Source: Cycas panzhihuaensis (lineage: Eukaryota; Plantae; Cycadophyta). From it: DNA of 64,000 nt. Where the stretch lies: the NCBI GenBank assembly GCA_023213395.1, contig CM041465.1, positions 51,529,741-51,593,740 of the forward strand. Direction: 5' to 3'. The notes below the pieces were generated by a model that was not told where the DNA came from, did no database searches, and saw only the letters and a list, made by a program, of their open reading frames with translations. Each line of letters starts with the position of its first letter. Positions within the stretch are counted from its first letter, which is position 1. Shown piece by piece: positions 56,386 through 64,000 of the stretch. A program made the translations under genes and the position numbers.

Positions 56386-58967
56386 TTATTGACATCGACG
56401 TAATGGTCATAGCTTCTTTTAGTATTACAAAGGATTCATTCACTATCTCTCTTCACTTGAACAAGTCATTCTTTAGCAATTGTGTCAAGGGTGTTTCCAT
56501 CCTAGTGTATCCCTTAATAAACTTTCAGTAGTATCTTATCAATCCCAAGAATCTTCCAAGACCATTGATGTTTTTAGGTTAGTACTAGTTCTATATAGTG
56601 ATAATTTTTTTCAGGTCAACCTTTACTCTATGTTGAGAGAAAATATACCCTAAGTATTCTAGCTCATTCTTTCTAAAATTATATTTGAATTTTTTGACAT
56701 ATAGTTGGTTGTCTTATAATAATTTCAAGGCCTTATCCACATGTTAAAGATGCTCTTCAACTATCCAACTATATATGAGGATGTCATGAAAAAAGACCAA
56801 GAGAAATTTCCTTAAGTATGGATAGAAGATTTTATTTATAAGTGTGCAGAATGTGGCTAGTATATTAGTGAGGCTAAAGGGCATGACCAAGAACTCATAA
56901 TAACTTTCATATATTCAAAAGGCTATTTTGTATATGTTTTCTTTCTTGACCTTAATTTGGTGATAACCTGATTGAAGAACTAAAGATATAAATATAGTTA
57001 CACCATATAATTCATCAATCACTAATATAGAAAATTTATACTTCATTGTGAGTTTGTTCAACTCCTTATAATTAACATACATCTAGAATGAGCTATATTT
57101 TATCTAACCAATATGACTAGGATAAAGAAAGTACTTTTGCTCTCTTAGATGACCCCTATATTTGGTAATTCATATATTAACCTTTTAATTTTATTCTTTT
57201 ATTAGTACGGGTACTTGTATGGTTGTATGCTAGGTGGGTTACTCCCAACGATAGTCGTGATGGCATGGTCCTACTCTCATTGTGGTGGAAGTCCCTTGGG
57301 GTCTTCTTTAAAGATCTAAGGATGGTTGAGTAGAACTTCTTATAATTCTAGTAACAAGTGATTATTGTAAGTTAGATCTTCTTCAAGTGGGGTCTTTTGA
57401 TATGTGATTTCATAGAACCTTGTAATTAGCCTTGTTCCTCCCTTTCATATCAACTTCTCTATCCTATGTAAGATGATGACTTATGATGGGGGTAGGGTGA
57501 TTCCATTAAGTTGATACTTTTGACCTTCTGAGTTGAATCAAATGAATAACTCTTATAGGTTAAGTTGAATAGTGATAAGTGTTTTCCACTATTAAAATCT
57601 TAAAACTACATCAACTACTCTAATAAGAATTGCAAATATTAAAGTGGATAAATGTTACTCCCCTATGGTGAGAATGCTATTATGGCATTTCCTATCATAA
57701 GATAGTATTCTCCCATTAGTGACCATGAATTGGAAGTTCTTTACTAGATATAAGACATAATTGAGCTCTTTGGCTAGTTTCCTGTTAATGAATATATGAG
57801 TGCTTCCTGAGTCAATTAAGATAACTACTCATTTTTTCTTGGTATACTTAATGATTTTTAGAGTTTAAGGAGCTACAATTCTAGGTAAGGCATGGACTGA
57901 GATGATTGCTATATCTTTATCATCAACTATTAGTGATTTTAGAATATTTTTATGTGTTTGTTCTAAAATATTTTCTTCCTCTTGTGCCTTATCTTATGTG
58001 TCCTTAATGACAAATAATCATTTTTTAGAACATCGATGGTCTTTGTGCTATTTTTAGTTGTATCTAAAACATAAACCTTTTGACCTCTTCTCATCAATTT
58101 CTTAGGTGGTCATTCATTGAATAGTTGGTGAATGTGATACAACTAGGGAATATGATGCATGTAATGGTATTTTTCTATCTATATATAGTTACATAGACTA
58201 TTATGATACTTTATTTTTTACTTCAATGTGTAGAGCTAGTCTTATGGCTTGTGTGATCCATGTAGGATTCAAGAGATAGAGTTCATGTTCTATCTCATCT
58301 TGAAGACCACCAATGTATAGTCTCCGCATTTATTCCTCACTTAGGTTCTCAGCCCATATGGAGAGATGCTAGTATGTAGAGGTATACTCTAAAGCTATAC
58401 GTTTTTACTGAATCTTTGTGAGTTGACTGAAATAGTCATTATCCCAAATGCTATTATATTATGTTTTGAGGTCCTTGATAAAATAACCCCAATTATAATT
58501 GAGTTCACTAACATTCTTCTTCACCCATTGGTACCACTAGTATGGCTTGGATTCCATGTGTAGATTGGCTATTGATATTCTTTTATCTTTTAGGACTTAG
58601 TAAAGGGCAAAGTACTATTTTATTTGTGATACCCAAGTTCAAACATTAGTATCATTGGATTTTTTAAGCTCTACTTTTGAAAGGAAGGTTAGCCTCCCTC
58701 ATTTATTATCATAATAGTCATCATCCATGCTATCATTATTATATCCTTATTGATGTGTATAATTAAAATTGAGTTTCTCTTTAATTGGGTTATTCTTGTT
58801 GGTGAGAAACCTCTCTAATTAGGCAACCATATCAGATACTTGAAGGGTTATATTATTTACTATATATTAAACATCTTGAATCTTAATATTTGTTTCTCCT
58901 CTTAATAAGATAATTGCATCATTGAGTTTGATGCTCTAGTTAGGATTGATTTTAAGGGCCATTTTTT

Positions 58968-61900
58968 TGTTGGAATAATGCCCATTAGGGCTCATATTGG
59001 CCTAGGATTTAGTGGAGATTATGTTATTACCACTCGCTGCACCTAGCTGACTTGTCAAATGTTAGCGATAAATATTTTGACATTTCTTAATGTTAGTCGA
59101 TAGTAGGCATTAAGCTCTTCCTGCTCAATTTTTGCCTATAAATTCATGGGATTTGAAGACCTAGTGTTCATCAATACTACCACTATATCAGATTCAAGTT
59201 TTGGCTATTCGTGTATTCTATGCTCCCTTTGACTTCCTACATTTATTCACTTGGTATCAGAGCAATTATTAGACCATTGCCTTGTTATGGGAGTATTTAA
59301 ACAAAGAGCCAAGGATTGGAGAAGCCCATACTCAAAGACGAAGGATTTATAAGGAGTTGATTACTATTCAAGCTATTTGGTACATGTATACCTTTTAGTG
59401 ATTTATTATATTATTGAAATATTGAGTGGCTCTCATCTTTATTATAGTTTTTACTTGATTTCATAATAATAATGTAATTAAGCCATGGAGCTCTTGTAAC
59501 GTACAATTAAAAGTGTATTTTATGCATGTGAGTACACTACTTTGCATGCACCAAGATTTATTTAGAGAAGCCACTATATGAGGCACCACACCTCCTATGG
59601 GTGCACATTGAAGATTTGGAGAATCACAAGCTTGCTCAAGTAATTTTCAGCCATCCAAAGAAGAGAAGAGAGCATTTATATACCCCTCATCTAAGTTGCC
59701 AGGCTCCCACCCACATGCATTATGAAGAAAAGACGATTCATTGACTGAAGGAGAAGAAAATTGTATTACATATTCAGAGGTCATAAATTCTTTGGTCATT
59801 ATTCTAATAACACTTCATAGTACTTTCATTTGCATCCTCTTGAGTTTTATATGCTATCGTACAACCTCTATTTGCTATTATTCTTGCTCTAAATAAGAAA
59901 ATATTGATAGAAACTCAGTTCTAGCCAGTTGCTCCATTGCTAAATTAGTTTTATAACCACTTTACAGCCTTATCTATGCCCTCCTCTGTGTTTAATGATT
60001 ATTCTACTGTATTTACAATATTTTTTCACTAGATGAGGCATATTTGAGTGAATTTCTAAGTTATTTCTCAGTGTATGACTAGTCTAGGTCCGTATGATTG
60101 CCTGCAGTGCATTTTACTCAGGTTTCTATGCCTCAAAATCTATTGTGCCCCCTCTGCATCATCCCTATAATCGTATGATTGAAAAAATCCACCTACAATA
60201 TTTAAATTTCATTTGTGCATATTTATTTCATATTTTTCTAAAGTTAAACTTTAGTCAATCAAAAAAATTAAATCGTACATTTTGTTTTTCCATCACTTTT
60301 GCCACAAGTGTATCCTTTTTTATTGTACTACTTCATTTAAAGCATTGGAAACTATACCTAACCTCAAATTAGGCCTATGTAACACTTTTTCTAATTTATT
60401 TGGGGCTTGATACCCTTACGATTATTAGATCTTTGTCATATTAATTTTTTTTTCTATTAATTTTATCAATTTTTAGTTAAATTTCTTAATGTGGGCCCCA
60501 CATCAGAGTCATTAATAAACTAATAAAGTTAAGTACCTAATATTAGCCACAATAGGTTACATGCAATGAATAAAGTAACCAAGATCAATTTTCATAAAGG
60601 GGGCCAAGTGAATTTTTTAGGATAGTTATTAAAAAACAAGACCTACCTCTACTTTGGGCACCATAATTTTTAGTAGCAAAGTAAAAAATTGGTTCTGTCA
60701 ACACTAGATCATAGTCCTTTCTCACCCAATTAAAACAAGTCATTACACGACCACCTTCAGTTTCAGTTTTATTGACTTTTTAATAAGTGAAGTTGAGGCA
60801 ATGTATTTTTGAGCATTTAAAGTTATAAGATTAACTTTTTACAAAGTTTTTTTAATACATATCTTGGTGACTTGATAATAAAATTGAGTCCCGTCTAAAA
60901 TATTAGACTCTATTTTCTATTTTTATCAAGTTGTAAGGACAAAAAATAAATTTTAAAATAATTTTATGTACTATTTTTATTCTTCAACGTGGAACTAGTG
61001 AAGGGCTTCCTATATGATGACCCTTATATAAACTAGTGAAAAATCATATTGTAACCTCTCATTAATAAAAGTTATCACTCCTTGAGGTGGTTAGAATATT
61101 TATTAGGATATTTTCACTAGCCCTAGAGGTGAAGTGGTACATTTCTTATGGTTGTTAAGTGTCATTTCATTATTTTTTTATGCCATTTGATTTTATTTAC
61201 TTTCAAGTACTCTACATTTTTTTAAAGTCTTTTATTTAAAGAAATCTTCTTTACAATGGTAGTAAATATTAAAAATGTAATTATGCCCAAGTTTTATAGA
61301 AATAACTTTCTTAATTGGAGTAGGTTAATGAAGCCTATTTTTATTGCAAAAGATGTGTGGGATCTTATCAATGTAAGTTATAAAGAGATCGACAAAATAA
61401 CCATGGAAGATGAAAAGAAAAACTACAACGAGAATGGCAAGAAAGACAATGAAGCGCTTACACTTATCTTTTGTATATTGGAGGACCATAACTTTCTTAG
61501 AGTTGGTGAGTTTACAATGTTTAAGGAGGCTTGGGATACCCTTAAAATAACATATAAAGAAGCAACATCTTTAAAGTTGTAAACTCTAAGGAGCAAGTTT
61601 AAAAATATAAGATTACAACTAGAAGAAAAGTCAATGAATTCATCATCAAAGTTCAAGATTTAGTTAATCAAATAAGATCTTTAGGAGAAATAAAAAGTAA
61701 ACAAAAGATTGTTGAACAGATTTTAAGGTGTGTAAGAGAAATTAAAAAGTTTGAAATGGTGGCAACAAGTATTAAAGTTTCAAAAGACCTTATCACACCT
61801 AGGATTGATCAATTAAGTGCTATGCTCTTAGCTATTGAGGAGAAGAAAATGGGTAATAAATCACTTAAACATGCCTTTGCCACTAAGGCTAGAATTAGGT

Positions 61901-64000
61901 AAAACTTTCAAGGACAAAGTTCTAGGGGCAGGGGCCAATCCTCGAGGAAGAGGCTAACAAAGAAACCAATCTCAAAGGCAAGGACTGGGTTTTCAAAGTT
62001 ATCAAAGCTTTTGAGAACAAGGAAGTTTTCAAGGATAGGGCCCTAATTAAGGTTTTTAAGAACAAGATTAAAGGTATTTTGAAGGCCAAAGATAAGGCCA
62101 AAACTTTAGAAGAGGAAGAGAAACTTCTAAAGGTAGAAACCAAAGTCAAAGAGGAAGAATTTTAAGAGGAACCACTTAATATTCTTTTTGGCATAAAATG
62201 AGCCACTTAGAAGAAAATTATTTTGCCAAAAATGCAAGTATATAAAGAGAGATGACTAATATAGTAATAGAATAAATACATGATAATAGATTATTTCTCT
62301 TAAGTCTAGTAGCCAATGAAGAAGAGGATAGTTGGTATATTGATTTAGGATGTTTAACATACATAATACACAAAGAATAATAGTTCAAGGAGATAGATAA
62401 TTCTAAGAAAAGTAGAATTATATTTAAAGATAACACCACATATGTAGTAGTTAGAAAAGATAATGTTTCTATAAGAATTGATTAAGGAGAAACCCATAGT
62501 ATAAATGATATTCTACATGTTCCGGCTCTAAAAAAGAATCTATTTTTGGTTGGTTAGATGATGAAGAAAAAATATAAAGTAATATGATAATAGAGAATGT
62601 ATTATTAAGGATAAATTAAACAATAAGGTGATTATAGCAAAAGGCTAAATGACTAGTAATAAACTATTTAAACTAATCATACCTCCATCTAATTCCTATG
62701 CTTTAAAAGCTTTAACCAATGTTGATTGTGAAATATGGCACAAAAGACTTGGCCATGTAAATTATAATAGCTTGGTTTTAATGAAAATAATGGATATAAT
62801 GATTAGGCTCCTTGTTATAGAAACAAACAAAAAACTTCGTGAAAGTTGTATATTTAGAAAACAATAAAGGGAAAGTGTTCCAAATGAAAGTTATAGGGCC
62901 AATGACCCCCTTCAATTGATCTATATGGACCTATGTGATCCAATGGATGTGCCCTTACTATGAGGAACTAAGTACTTTGTGACTTGTTTTGATGACTTAA
63001 CTAGAATGACTTAGGTCTATTTTCTCAAATTTAAATAAGATGCTCTTCAATATTTTATTGACTTCAAAACTTTAGATGAAAAATAAAGTGGTTTTAGAAT
63101 TCTTATCCTAAGGTCAGATAATGGGGGGAAATTCATCTTAAATGAGTTCAAGGCATATTGTAACTATTGTGGGATAAGGAAACAACTCACTAATCATTAT
63201 ACTCCACAATAAAATGGAGTTGCAGAAAGAAAGAATAGAACTATTGTTAAAATGCAAAGAAGTATTTTGAAGGATAAGAACCTTGAACATAAATTTTGGG
63301 CTAACGTTATACATACATTAGTTTACATATTGAATAAATGTACCACCAAGGTAGTTAGGTGGGTCACACTTAAACAAGCTTATATAGGTTACAAGCCAAG
63401 CATAATACACTTAAGGATTTTTAGATGCTTAGCTTATGTACATGTTCCAGAATAAAAAAGAACCAAGTTAGATGATAAGAGCATCAAATATATTTTTATA
63501 GGATATAATGATACTTCTAGATACAAAAAACTCTATAACCTAAAAGGGAAAAAGATGATTATAAGTAGGGATGTCATCTTCAAAGAGGATGGAATTTACC
63601 AAGATGAAGTTGCTAAAAAAGACAAAGGAAGAAAGATCATGGTTGAATGGAACCAATTTCTAAGGGTAAAAATACACCTCATTTAAATAAAATAAGACCC
63701 TCAACATCAAATCAATGGGTCCCTAAATTGGTACGGAGGGCATATGACCCTTTAAATATTTTGGATAATAACTTTAAGAGAAGAACTGCTAGATCTCAAA
63801 GGGTAAATTTTACTTTAATAACTCAAGTAATAGAGTTAAATGAGCCTCATAACTTTGAAGAGGCTAATACATAAGATGAATGGAGAGAAGCTATGAAGGA
63901 TAAATATAATGTATTAGTAAAAAATGATACTTAGGAATTAGTATATTTACTACCACACAAGAATGTAATTCGAATGAAGTAGGCCTATAAGACCAAATAT
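58968..64000 (+). mobile_element. Ty1/copia element L, same family as A, running off the window
   Basis: 5' LTR 58968-59249 is homologous to the LTRs of A. Perfect PBS TGGTATCAGAGC at 59252-59263. gag starts at 61256, followed by PR, INT and the start of RT. Confidence 0.93.

Larger units (their letters stand above)
43054..58962 (-). mobile_element. Degenerate chromoviral Ty3/gypsy (Reina-like) element J, host to elements G, I and L
   Basis: gag ~58200-58900; protease LIDSGSTH ~57800; RT FF(D)DILIYS ~56770; RNaseH TPDF..F.IEC.ASG ~52160; integrase ~50600-51700. The chromodomain is split between ~50420-50480 (YFIK*K*LP) and 43400-43476 (SIWEGEQIIQEYPEL). Short 3' LTR at ~43054-43388. Confidence 0.88.

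Overview
AT-rich plant nuclear DNA with the look of a large gymnosperm-type genome (inference; the species cannot be fixed from sequence). There is one apparently intact host gene: a minus-strand Ppx/GppA exopolyphosphatase (ASKHA fold plus HD-like domain), with coding exons at 3119-1986 and 1736-1560 and the remainder beyond the left edge. Almost everything else is a deeply nested pile of decayed LTR retrotransposons. These include several Ty1/copia copies with TSD-verified ends (5788-12621, 14880-22298, 30654-37890), a CRM-like and a Reina-like Ty3/gypsy on the minus strand, a 354-bp TRIM, a gag-only TR-GAG-like element, two non-coding LTR elements and a 4 x ~780-bp tandem array. An intronless RopGDI pseudogene (12678-13076) is missed by the ORF track. 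The best finding is a non-autonomous LTR element (43477-50413, minus) inserted into the chromodomain of the Reina-like element. It has LTRs, PBS and PPT but no gag/pol of its own. It instead carries a CpG-rich promoter-like segment followed by a same-strand chain of host-gene fragments: SUVH5/6-type SET domain, RPL10, F-box, then PLS-class PPR. All calls come from reading the sequence by eye; no searches were run.
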